The notes under the pieces were generated by a model that saw only the letters and a list, made by a program, of their open reading frames with translations, had not been told where the DNA came from and made no database searches. Position numbers and translations under genes: made by a program. From assembly GCA_964106915.2 (NCBI GenBank), contig OZ066916.1: DNA of 64,000 nucleotides, one strand, 5' to 3'. How positions within the stretch are numbered: position 1 is the first letter of the stretch; every line of letters starts with the position of its first letter. This document shows, piece by piece, positions 52,801 through 61,178 of this stretch. Origin of the DNA: Podarcis gaigeae (Eukaryota).

Positions 52801-55800
52801 CCTGTGCAATGCCTCTGGGGCGTGGGATGCTGGAGGCTGTGTTCATTGTGCTTTGTCTTGCTCTCTGGGAAAGATTATGGCTATATTCTGAATGGGTGTG
52901 GAGGTGGGGAAAGTTCAGGGCTGCTCCTGCCCTCATTCTATCCCATCATTCAGCAATCTGTTCATGAGAAGACTCTCCTGCCACAGAAGCACTGAGCCTC
53001 CTCAGCCGGGCAGTATAGTAACAATGGGAAGCAAAGGAAATATAAAGATTCTTAAAGAATCCCAACTTTTAAAGTAAATTGAACTGTGTTAGTTAAGCTC
53101 TAGGGCAGTGTTTCCCAAACTTGGGTCTCTAGCTGTTGCTGGACTAAAATTCCCATCATCTCTAGCTAGCAGGATTGGTGGTCAGGGATGAGAGGATTTG
53201 TAGTTTAACAATAGCTGGAGATCCAAGTTTGGGAAAGTTTGTTCTGAATAACAAAAGCTGCAGTTGACAACCCTTCTGTGTGCTTGAGTGGAACCACAAT
53301 TTAGTGTATTTGCACCCAGCCAGTTTTAAAATTACCATTAATCATGTCAGCTGTGTGAGAGGGGAGGAGAGGAAAACCCAAGAAGCTCAGCTTTGCTGGA
53401 GATCTTCAAAGCAAAATGCAGGACATTCTGTTTTAAAACAACTTAAGAATGCTTCTCTAATAACTTTTGACCAAAGAGAAGACCATCTTCTCAGTTTCTA
53501 AATTGCTTCATGAGAACACTGAGCTGAGAACACTTCATACAACTTCAGACCACAATCCTCAAATTACTTGAAAATTCCAAGGACCCCCAAACCAAAGGAG
53601 CATGTGATATCACTTCCTGTTGGACAACTTAAGTCTTATTCATTACAAGGCAAATAAAAATGTTATGATGTAACTATTTTGCAGCAATTATGTTTATCCA
53701 TTGAAATTAGAGGAAGCATTTGAATTCATAAACAAACAAACAAAACTTGCTTATTAATAAAGCTTTAGATCTCAAGATGGGAATGCATTGGGTGGGATGT
53801 ATGTTATGTTAGATCTCACTCGTCTTAAAATAGGCAAAAAGCACCCTCTGTTGGGAAACATGAAAAATGACTTTGAACGCAATTCTTAAGAAACTGACTG
53901 GCTTACAACACATGATCTATAAGCTGAAAAAGGAGGGCCAACCCAATCACTTTTCCTTGGGGGTCTAGACTACTAAGGAGCTTGCGTCACAATATTCTTA
54001 CAGTTAGTTTTCATTTTACAATACAGAATTCTAAAAACTCAGAAAGGTCCTTCTTACCTTAAATACGTTCAGCTGCTGATTTATCGTCTCAATTTCCATT
54101 CCAACAGAACCCTGGGACTCTTCATGCTCTTCAACTTCCCCAAGCAGTTTAGAAAACCCCTTTAGTTTACTGTAGAACTCTTCAACGCGGCTAATAGTCC
54201 CTTCAATCTGTTCATCTCTGGCTTTTGCTCTGTCTAGCAACTTGTTGCACTGCTTATTTAAAGCCTCCAAGTCCCTTTTTATACCTGCAAGATCTGGAGA
54301 AGCTTCAGCTTCATTTGCTAGCATCATTTTGCAGGTATTATTTGCATTTTCATTACTGGTTATGAGTTCCTCCAACTTTTTCAGGAAAGTTTTTATATCC
54401 TTTCGCTGTGACTGCAGTGTGACAAGATCCCTACCCACAGAATCCATGCTGTCCAATTCATCATCGAACTCTGCAAACTGAGAAAACATCTCTCGGATGC
54501 TGTTTTGGAAATGGCCAATTCCCTGGAGTTTAGTCTCCAGGAATGAACATTTATCTTCAACCTGCTGACTGATGGTGCTGAATTCTTCTTCTAATGTTTC
54601 TGCCTGCAACAAGAGGTCAGAGACACCTGATGAATCTGAAGCATCTGCCACCAGTTCTTGGGCCAGCTTTTTTGTAAGGTCCACTTGAGCCTTCAAGGCC
54701 TGGAGTGTTTTCTGCTGAGCCTGCATAATCGTCAAGTGTTTGTTACTGTAAGTCTGGGGTTTGAGAGAATCGTGTGTTTGCAGCTGTTCTCTGGCATTCT
54801 TCAGCTGCTCTTCAACGTCCTTTGATGACTCTTGAAACTCTTTCAGTCTCTGAGACATCTTTTCCAGACCATCTCTCTTAGCATGCAGTTGTTCTGTGAC
54901 TATATCCATGTTCTGGATCAGCAGTGTCTTCTCCTCTTCAATAATGTCTTTGTCTGTCTGACAGGCACTGAGTAATGTCTCAGCTGCATTACTTAATAGC
55001 TCCACCAACCCTTGGTGTTTGTCTAGGTCCTTCTGCCAGCTCTTCACCTGAGCGATGGAATTCTCTAGCCGAACAGGATCTATGCTCATTTCTATTTGAG
55101 AGGTATTGCTTTGGCATTTCGCTATCCAGGGTTGTAGGTTTTCTACATGCTCTCTGTATCTAAGGGCTTTTTCCAAACAATCATTTAATTTATCTTGCCT
55201 TTCTTTAACTTGCTTGTTCATTTCATCCCAGCTACCTCTGAGCAAGTTCAGCTGGGCCTGCAGCTCAGCCTTCTCTGCTCCCTGAGTCTTTTGGAGTAAA
55301 CTTTCGCCTTCTGTGATGATTTTTTCATAAGAACCAGTCTGGTCAGACAAGACAGCCTTGAACTCTTTCTGATCATCAATTAATGTCCACAGAGACTCCA
55401 GCTTGGTAGAGATGGGACAAGGCTGATTCTGTTCTTCCTTCTTTTTGTCCAACCAGGCCTGAAAGTCCTTAGACATTTGCTGGAACTGATGAGAACTAAC
55501 GTAAGTTGACTGAAGTTGCTCAATGTGATTGCCTGCAGAAGACAAATAAACAAACAAACAAACAGAAGTTCCTAAATTCCGTGTCTTTGAGTGGCTTCTA
55601 ACTAGGATTTTGGTTGATGTTATTTCAATCAAGGAGAAACATTATGTTATAGGAAAATGCACCCTATTGCAATTTGAGATGTTTTATTAAACATTATTCT
55701 TCATTGGAGCTTGTTAGCTGATGTGTTTATTGAAGACCACCAGCTTGGAAAATAATAGTATTGCAGCCTAAATTATAACCCCTTGATAATAATAATCATC

Positions 55801-58800
55801 CCTTGATTCTTGAGGATGGGGAACTAATCAGGTAACCAGGATAGTATGATCACTAGTGCCACTATAAACATCACAAACATAAACGACATGCACTATGAAC
55901 AGTAAAGCTTGAAGTAATCCCTCAACAGTCATTGAGATAAAATGCTTCCAAAGATCACTGCCAGTCCTGTTGCAACTTTACAGAACTCCTGTTGAGACTC
56001 CCTTGTTGAGTCTGAAACACCCCCTCCCCAAAGTAAGAGCTCATCCATACTTGTCCTGTGCCTAGAAAGCACAGGTCCAAGCAGTTTTCTGCTTGCCTAG
56101 CTAATTCAGTTTCCATGCCTGGAAAGCATGGATCCAAGCAGCTTTGCCCTGTCACATTCCCCTGGAAAACCCGCCCTTTAGTGCTAAACGGAACAAATGG
56201 CAATCAGGTTTTGCTGTTTGTTCTGTTTCAGCACTAAACCGCCAATTTCTCCAGAGGAAAGCAGCAGGGCATATAGAAGTGTGGATGAACCCTAAGCCTG
56301 TCTGAAACTGTGGCACAGTCAAGAAAAATACACAAAGGTTGGAGAAATATATGTACTTTCCCTACATAAATTTCACACAGAAGCATTAATTTACAATGTG
56401 TGAATCACTCACTGGTAAACACATACAATCTACTGTCAATCACATGGCATTTGATATCTTAAAAGATTCTAATAACTGGCATAGTCTAGAAATATGCAGC
56501 TATTCTCACCCACCCATTCATAGAATCTAGGCCCTCAATATCATCTAATCTCATTTGATGTGGTTTATTTATTGTTTATGACTTTTGTAATTATGTAAAT
56601 CTTGTCATGCTGTAAGCCACCTTGAGCATTGGTTTTTTAACTGTGGAAAGGTGGCATACAAATAAAAAATGATGATGACGATGATGATGAAGTTAACGAA
56701 CCTGCTTTTTGTTCCATATCGTGAAAGGGTTTTAAGATGCCATCCAATTGCCTAGCTAGTTCAGCTTTCAAGTAATCTTCTGCCACCAGTGCGGACAATT
56801 CCTCACACAGAGCTTGAGCAGCCTTTCTCTTTGGCATTTCCCGTTCAATTTCTTCTTTCACTTCTCTGGCCACTTCCAGTTGCCGTTTCACAGAATCAGG
56901 GTCTGTACTTATAGCCAGGCTGCTGTTGAGTTTATCATCCAAGACACTAAGCTTCTCAGAAAGGCTTTTCAGGCAGCTTTGATATTCTGTGCTTTTCACA
57001 ATGGCTTGATCGATTCGGTTGCATCGGTCACTCAGCTGTCCGGTTAAGCCATCCCATTTCTGCGCCACAGCAGCCAGTTGCTGCTTCACCATTTCGTGAG
57101 AAGGTGGGTGTTCACCTGGTCTCTTCATTATCGCTTGTCCTGCTGTATTCAGCTGCTCATATTGGGGTTTTCGAGTGTCAAACTCATTGAGCAGAATCTG
57201 ATGAGAGAAAGTAATTTCAGGAAAGTGTAAGGAAAAACAGATATCACAAACTGTACTAGCCGTTTACCTAGTGTAGCATCCTGAGCTGATGAGTACATGA
57301 AATAGCTCTTGGTCGTAAAAATAAAATGCATTCTGCCAGTATCGCTTTAAGGTAGGTTAATATATTCATATTTATCCCTTACGTCTGGTTCAGACAACCT
57401 GCTGATCCAGTACTGCAACCCATGATGTGGAAGAGCAGGTGCACCCTGCGTCAACTCCACCATGCATGTACTATCACTAAGGATAAAGAGGCACCTTGGA
57501 AAACACCTGATTTGCATGACCTAGTCTCCTGCTTTGAGACACGTGTTAAATGAATCAACCTGAGCATTGACCCGTGTGGATGAAGCAGTCACCACAGATC
57601 AAATACTGTGGTTTTTATCTCATCGGACATCACTCACTCCTGATTTTGGAAGCCAGTGTGTGTGCTGAAGGGGGAAATTATACACTTACATGGGAGTATT
57701 TGGAAGGAAGGATCAGTGAGTGGGCAAGAGATTAAGCACCTCCTTCTGCACTTCCAAGTGTCATCACATACCATGCAACAGCATTAGGAGGGAAAGAAGA
57801 CAGTGAGACGCCATATTTCTTTTCCAATATCTATACTGGTTGTGAGTGTGGAATATTTTGTAATTCACGTGTGATTGATACCTGCTTATGTATGCACAGG
57901 GTCATAGAAGAAAGGCGCTGCCATTTATTTTCCCTTGCTCAAAACTTTAACCTCTAGCTGCACTTCTCTCGCCACATAGAAGCCCTTTTTTGTCATTATT
58001 AACATTATTAGTTCCATATATTTTTTTAGAAAACTGATTGTTGTTTGGTGCCTTCATATTTGTTTTCAGAACTACACTCCGCCAAAAAAAAGGATAAACC
58101 ACATTGGTCATGGGTCCACAATAGCAGTGTTTTCAATCCAGGAAGCACAAGCATCTTTCTACAAATAATATGCAGTGAGACCAAATGCTCACCTGAACTT
58201 GCTGCCTCTGCGTGTTCAACATATTTGGGTCAATTGACAGTGGTCCAAGCACGCTGACCATTAATTCTTTTTCTACCAGCCACTGTTTTAACTGAGCCTC
58301 GGTTGCCTGGAACTGGGTCAGGTAATTTGATGACTCTTCCAGTTTTTTCTGTCTGTCAGCTGTTACCTGGCTGAGCTCCCTCCATTTGGAATCTGTGAAA
58401 AAATGAATGGAATATTTCGTAAAATTGCATGATAATTGTAGTAATTTCATATGAAATAGTCAAACAAATAAACAATGGCAGTGGTTTGCTGTGGACATGC
58501 AGATGGTTCCCGCTGCACTTCTCTACTAGAACAAGGGGGAGGAACAAACCATGACCCCTGGGCTTAGCTTTACATCCACCCTGGGGGTCTTGGTTTGGTT
58601 TGCTCACACAGGCAACAATCAAGAAACCAAGAACAAGCTTTGGCAAACGAAAAGCGGGGCTTGTTTTCAAATGCCAAGCTGAGGATTCTGATTTTGCAAG
58701 TGAGAGGAACAAACCACAAGCCCTGGCTTAGTATTATATAAAAACCAGGGACGGTGCGTTTGTTTCAGTCCAAACAAACCACAATGAAAAGCCAAGGTTT

Positions 58801-61178
58801 ATGCTTGACTTCCGAATTGTGGTTTGTTTGAGTTAAGCAAACCAAGATCCCTGGTTTGGACGCAACATTAAGCCATGGATGATAGTTTACAGTTCCCATG
58901 AGCTGTTTTATCCTGACATGTGGCTGTGGCCAGTGCCTTTTAAAATATAAGATCTGATAGGCTAGACCAAACCTCATAAGCCAGTAGTCATGTATGAACA
59001 AAAGCATGTCCAGAAGAGGTTTCTAGTATGTCATGTGGATGAGGTGCAATCCTTCTCTCCAAAGCTCACAGACATTCAATCTGTGGTTTGTTTTGCCAAA
59101 TGTTAGATCGTTGTCCTTCTCCTACACTGCAAAATAAAACTTGCCATACCTATTTTATCCAACATCTGTTTCCATTTCGGTGCCTCAGGAGAGTCTGGGT
59201 TCTTCTCCAATAGCTCTGTCACTCTATCCTTCAGTTCTTGCACTTTATTCTCATTCTGTTTCAATTCTGTTTCAAATAGCTATGAAGAATGAACATGTTA
59301 GGCTTGAGAATACATAAAAGTGTTTGGCAGAAGCGGTAATTCATTGAGATGATCTCTTAATCTGTTTAGGCAGCTCTGATACATTTTATCACAGGTATGC
59401 AATCTGACCTCTGATCCTATGCCTGATAAGACGTTTTTTATGGGATTTCCATAAGGTGTCAGTACAAAGTGCTAATATATGGTTGTACTGTTACATACAT
59501 TATTAAACAGACCCTGTCCATTAATATGAACAGGAAGCTCATTTTAAAAATTAATTATGCTTAATTGATAGTTTTGAACAGAGGGGGAGACAGAAACTAC
59601 CTTGTGTTGATCGACTTGCTCTTTAACAGCCTCACTGTCAATAAGAGTTGCTTCCCATTTGGCTGCAGCAGTGTCCATATTCTGTAACCATTCCATCATT
59701 GAATTTGATTCTCTTTGAATGTTTTGCATATTTGAAAGAGTGGATTCCAGTTCTGATCTTTTTTCCTTCAGTACAGCTCCCAAATCATCATAACTATGGC
59801 TTACAGTTGACATGTTGTGTTGGACAGTGGTCACTTCTGCAAGAGAGGTGGACATACATTATTATTTTTATTCTAGTCATGACAGCAAGAAAGGATGCAA
59901 ATATTATATATTAAAAGTTTTTAATCCTTCCATAAAATAATAACTAGAATAATTGGTTACAGTCATTTCTTTCCTACAAAGTTGATACCCCAATATTAGT
60001 AGATTAAGAAAGAATGAACCAATCACCAGGCTGATCACAGTGGATTTTTTTATTTTTTTGTACAGAAATATTGTATTGTGTAAGGACTTCTGAAAGAAAA
60101 TCTTGCATGAAGACAAGCATTATTTTGGTTTCTAATTTAAGGGTTTTGGAACACAGCTAGTTATCACCATCCTAATTTCAACATCTGATTTCTTAGGAAA
60201 ACTGAGGTGTTCCAGAGCCTGTTATAGTACGATGTGTGCATGCTAATTTTTGATTAAAACAAACCTTAAAAACCATGCCTGTTAATTTAAAATATATACT
60301 TCCGCTGTTTTCTGTTAACACATACAAAAGATTCAAGAATGAGGCTCAGGATGATAACAGCTAGGCAGGCCAAACACAATAATATAAGAGGATAGTCTGT
60401 CTGGGGCCTTTCTGAATTCCACCCCTATTTAGATGGTTCCAATGTTCTAACTCAAGGCCAAAGTAGAGGCAAAATGGGAGATACATGGAGTGTCTTCTGA
60501 TTATATTTTCCCCTTGAGGGCAGCTGTGGAACTCCAAATTGGATTGGAATAGTTAGTGGGAAAGGGGGAATCTGTCCTTTTTCAATGAACATCATCCCCC
60601 CGCCCCAGTTGCTTCCCTCCTCCCTTTACTTCAACTGTTCAAATGAATGGTGTGAGAGACTCCACGTATCTCCAATGTCACATCTACTTGGGCTCTCCAG
60701 TATAAGCAGCTTCTTATATTCATATGTTATCTTGGGTCACTTGATAGTCAAGTCACTTCTTAAAAACAGTGAACTCCACCTGCTAGAGATAACAACCTTG
60801 CTACTGTTGCTACTCATGATTACTTCTTAATGGATTAAAAAGCCAGGAAATAACTCCTTATCTTGTCTTGGCTCTCAATTAACCACAATCATTGGTTCAC
60901 CCACTGAAACCAGACAGAAGTTGAATTAACCGGATGCATGCAGATACATAGACATAGACATATACATATATATGTCGAAGTGTAGAAGACCCCAGCTAAA
61001 TAGGGGGTCTTGACTGTTATTTAGAAAATTCTATTAAAATGGGACAAATTATAAACATCTTATGCTTGCTTATAAGATTTATGTATTTAAGTGAGCCATT
61101 ATTAGTCACCTTTGTTTGTTAGGAATCCCTGGGTACCTGTAGCTGCTCCTTCACCATTTAATACTGTTCCGCTTACAG
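1352..61178 (-). CDS. DST: Dystonin (BPAG1), partial gene: 31 exons encoding the spectrin-repeat rod
   Basis: Spliced translation matches recalled vertebrate DST (e.g. [56 protein letters not shown]) more closely than MACF1. All introns are GT-AG and phases are consistent. Confidence 0.97.
3143..3349 (-). CDS. DST: DST exon, 207 nt (VFANEVNA...RAKQ)
   Basis: ttcacaag| ... CAG|gtaatg, phase 0/0. Confidence 0.95.
3609..3764 (-). CDS. DST: DST exon, 156 nt (IKLEEALN...DEHK)
   Basis: cttacag| ... AAG|gtatgt, phase 0/0. Confidence 0.95.
5580..5750 (-). CDS. DST: DST exon, 171 nt (ELCAAFEAK...SERK)
   Basis: tgtttag| ... AAA|gtatgt, phase 0/0. Confidence 0.94.
6230..6592 (-). mobile_element. Full-length Sauria SINE with 12-bp TSD
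   Basis: tRNA-derived head and (TTTACC)n tail; TSD gtcaaatatgta at 6218-6229 and 6596-6607. Confidence 0.92.
7190..7357. repeat. ~168-bp near-perfect inverted repeat (foldback, MITE-like)
   Basis: tgtctgagcagt...ctcagcta / 7-nt loop / tagctgag...actgctcagaca, with a few mismatches. Confidence 0.9.
7525..7653 (-). CDS. DST: DST exon, 129 nt (AQGFHGEV...NIHM)
   Basis: cgcttag| ... ATG|gtaagg, phase 0/0. Confidence 0.94.
7866..7923. repeat. (GAAG)n microsatellite
   Basis: Direct read. Confidence 0.97.
8388..8585 (-). CDS. DST: DST exon, 198 nt (VLQNDVLA...ALIQ)
   Basis: actgcag| ... CAG|gtgtgt, phase 0/0. Confidence 0.95.
10458..10613 (-). CDS. DST: DST exon, 156 nt (HKLEGALL...AKHH)
   Basis: tttacag| ... 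CAT|gtacgt, phase 0/0. Confidence 0.94.
11835..12030 (-). mobile_element. CR1 LINE 3' fragment
   Basis: ggaagggaccctgagggtcatctagtccaacc...ctctgcttaaaaacctcc, typical CR1 3' end in antisense. Confidence 0.7.
12357..12530 (-). CDS. DST: DST exon, 174 nt (QFKKEAYQ...VSRQ)
   Basis: tccacag| ... CAG|gtaaat, phase 0/0. Confidence 0.95.
14177..14350 (+). mobile_element. 5'-truncated poly(A) retro-insertion (L1-type 3' end)
   Basis: AATAAA at 14322, A-tract 14338-14347, 15-bp TSD agagagaagcttccc at 14162-14176 and 14351-14365. Confidence 0.75.
15117..15218 (-). CDS. DST: DST exon, 102 nt (AIFDWVDIA...EEMK)
   Basis: tttacag| ... AAG|gtatga, phase 0/0. Confidence 0.94.
15957..16086 (-). mobile_element. 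Penelope-like element (PLE) terminal-repeat fragment with TSD
   Basis: gtagccgtgttggtc...gcaccttaaagaccaac...gctttcg motif typical of reptile PLE ends; TSD gtgatattcta at 15946-15956 and 16093-16103; near-identical to the copy at 50860. Confidence 0.75.
16046..16089 (-). ncRNA. Minimal type I hammerhead ribozyme motif
   Basis: Minus strand reads UUGGUAU-CUGAAGA-A-GUGUG(CAUG)CACAC-GAAA-GC-UC^AUACCAA: 7-bp stem I, intact core, 5-bp stem II, minimal palindromic stem III. Confidence 0.78.
17290..17600 (+). mobile_element. L2 LINE 3' fragment; related pieces at ~37985-38100, ~48820-48920 and ~51650-51800 (minus)
   Basis: gccttctctgcagtggcaccacatctgtggaatgctctcccc (AFS..AP.LWN.LP) followed by an L2-like 3' tail. 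Confidence 0.6.
19558..19659 (-). CDS. DST: DST exon, 102 nt (LNSAWDAL...DGLQ)
   Basis: aatgcag| ... CAG|gtaagg, phase 0/0. Confidence 0.94.
20167..20289 (-). CDS. DST: DST exon, 123 nt (TIKEEIDG...KSIDE)
   Basis: tttttag| ... GAG|gtatga, phase 0/0. Confidence 0.94.
22060..22286 (-). CDS. DST: DST exon, 227 nt (VQDKLDQM...EAAE)
   Basis: ttcctag| ... GAG|gtaggt, phase 1 to 0. Confidence 0.94.
22396..22627 (-). CDS. DST: DST exon, 232 nt (FHDKIDST...DISAK)
   Basis: tgcatag| ... AAAG|gtagac, phase 0 to 1. Confidence 0.94.
23652..23855 (-). CDS. DST: DST exon, 204 nt ([10 protein letters not shown]...SQSTQ)
   Basis: gctatag| ... CAG|gtaaca, phase 0/0. Confidence 0.94.
25320..25538 (-). CDS. 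DST: DST exon, 219 nt (KKLEDLLQK...EEHR)
   Basis: ttaatag| ... CGG|gtaagt, phase 0/0. Confidence 0.93.
25843..26150 (-). mobile_element. CR1-type LINE 3' fragment; related copies at ~9030-9270, ~21380-21560, ~39148-39410
   Basis: Shared aagaacataag..ctgctggatcaggcc..catctagtcc..ctgttctcacagtggccaaccag motif in four places. Confidence 0.65.
26301..26408 (-). CDS. DST: DST exon, 108 nt (AFTMEILK...QTMK)
   Basis: taattag| ... AAG|gtaatg, phase 0/0. Confidence 0.93.
26554..26673 (-). CDS. DST: DST exon, 120 nt (FDQAADTEL...QVQK)
   Basis: tctttag| ... AAG|gtgaac, phase 0/0. Confidence 0.94.
29702..29908 (-). CDS. DST: DST exon, 207 nt (ALQKEAK...FRSQQ)
   Basis: tttttag| ... CAG|gtaaaa, phase 0/0. 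Confidence 0.94.
30487..30728 (-). CDS. DST: DST exon, 242 nt (DEVVIIQDK...ERQK)
   Basis: attgcag| ... AAG|gtgagc, phase 1 to 0. Confidence 0.94.
33348..33432 (-). CDS. DST: DST exon, 85 nt ([10 protein letters not shown]...KQTT)
   Basis: tttctag| ... CAG|gtgaga, phase 0 to 1. Confidence 0.93.
33682..34008 (-). CDS. DST: DST exon, 327 nt (AFEEDIATR...QTEML)
   Basis: catttag| ... CTG|gtattt, phase 0/0, 109 aa. Confidence 0.92.
34238..34397 (-). CDS. DST: DST exon, 160 nt (NRQLEGIS...SQHK)
   Basis: attgtag| ... AAA|gtaaga, phase 2 to 0. Confidence 0.94.
34811..34977 (-). CDS. DST: DST exon, 167 nt ([10 protein letters not shown]...KAET)
   Basis: tctccag| ... AAG|gtacct, phase 0 to 2. Confidence 0.94.
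37412..37582 (-). CDS. DST: DST exon, 171 nt (VAQRAAQ...IQEQK)
   Basis: ttgtcag| ... AAA|gtgagt, phase 0/0. Confidence 0.95.
37587..37650. repeat. (AAAAC)n microsatellite
   Basis: Direct read; abuts the acceptor at 37582. Confidence 0.97.
38450..38611 (-). CDS. DST: DST exon, 162 nt ([11 protein letters not shown]...LNKK)
   Basis: gatctgaag| ... AAG|gtttgt, phase 0/0. Confidence 0.94.
38625..38696. repeat. (AAAG)n(AAGG)n compound microsatellite
   Basis: Direct read; abuts the acceptor at 38611. Confidence 0.97.
40745..40810. repeat. (CT)n(CA)n compound microsatellite
   Basis: Direct read. Confidence 0.97.
42199..43485 (-). CDS. Intronic KIAA0754-like coding exon (429 aa); putative internal first coding exon of a short DST isoform
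   Basis: Open 1287 nt from gaaATGG to AAG|gtaatt (phase 0). N-terminus [38 protein letters not shown], plus KLDE..IFDALKL and RRSW...PPNF, matches recalled KIAA0754 / MACF1 internal first exon. Confidence 0.85.
43700..44900 (-). promoter_or_regulatory. Putative internal promoter / 5'UTR region of the nested exon
   Basis: Locally raised CpG density (~44240-44870); CAGCTG E-boxes at 44225, 44615, 44681; TATA/MEF2-like element 44050-44061; CCAAT at 44737; candidate UTR donor CAG|gtaaac at 43701. Confidence 0.45.
48120..48400 (-). mobile_element. Degenerate L2-type LINE endonuclease fragment
   Basis: [28 protein letters not shown] resembles the squamate L2 endonuclease motif LLVYRPP. Confidence 0.55.
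49580..49785 (+). mobile_element. Second tRNA-derived squamate SINE family (Squam3/CORE-like), degenerate
   Basis: GGTTCAAATCCCCAC B-box, gtgaccttgggc core, (TAAA)n tail. Confidence 0.6.
49804..50163 (+). mobile_element. Full-length Sauria SINE with TSD
   Basis: GGGATGCGGGTGGCACTGTGGGTTAAACC head, GGTTCGAATCC B-box, tttacc tail; TSD cccaataca at 49794-49802 and 50164-50172. Confidence 0.92.
50290..51200 (+). mobile_element. Degenerate LINE-1 ORF2 C-terminal fragment, interrupted by the PLE insert
   Basis: Broken translation ..[32 protein letters not shown] resembles the L1 cysteine-rich C-terminus; multiple stops. Confidence 0.65.
50860..51025 (-). mobile_element. PLE terminal fragment with inverted duplication and 13-bp TSD
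   Basis: Same sequence as the 15957 copy; arms ~50900-50948 and 50978-51026 are reverse complements; TSD tagtcttatatat at 50847-50859 and 51026-51038. Confidence 0.78.
54058..55532 (-). CDS. DST: DST large exon, 1475 nt (NHIEQLQ...LNVFK)
   Basis: ttctgcag| ... AAG|gtaaga; lies within ORF 54031-55632; spectrin-repeat pattern; phase 1 to 0. Confidence 0.96.
56702..57197 (-). CDS. DST: DST exon, 496 nt ([10 protein letters not shown]...MEQKA)
   Basis: ctcatcag| ... GCAG|gttcgt, phase 0 to 1. Confidence 0.92.
58193..58392 (-). CDS. DST: DST exon, 200 nt (SKWRELSQ...RQQVQ)
   Basis: ttcacag| ... CAG|gtgagc, phase 1 to 0. Confidence 0.94.
59150..59279 (-). CDS. DST: DST exon, 130 nt ([10 protein letters not shown]...MLDKI)
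   Basis: ttcatag| ... ATAG|gtatgg, phase 0 to 1. Confidence 0.92.
59601..59836 (-). CDS. DST: DST exon, 236 nt (EVTTVQHNM...VDQHK)
   Basis: cttgcag| ... AAG|gtagtt, phase 1 to 0. Confidence 0.92.
61110..61178 (-). CDS. DST: DST exon, 69 nt, phase 1/1, linker ([22 protein letters not shown])
   Basis: ctctttcag| ... AAAG|gtgact; resembles the recalled DST segment LNGEGTAT; phase fits the next exon. Confidence 0.82.

Noticed and set aside
2826-55163. Many short plus-strand ORFs antisense to DST exons or lying in repeats (e.g. 2826-3200, 12267-12590, 34751-35098, 51353-51754)
   Set aside because: Shadow frames or repeat-derived, with no recognisable protein features or splice structure.
54031-55632. 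533-aa ORF as a stand-alone gene
   Set aside because: It is the 1475-nt DST exon plus intronic read-through at both ends.
1352-61178. Assignment of the host gene to MACF1 because of the KIAA0754-like exon
   Set aside because: The rod exon peptides match recalled DST rather than MACF1. Reciprocal BLAST would confirm this.
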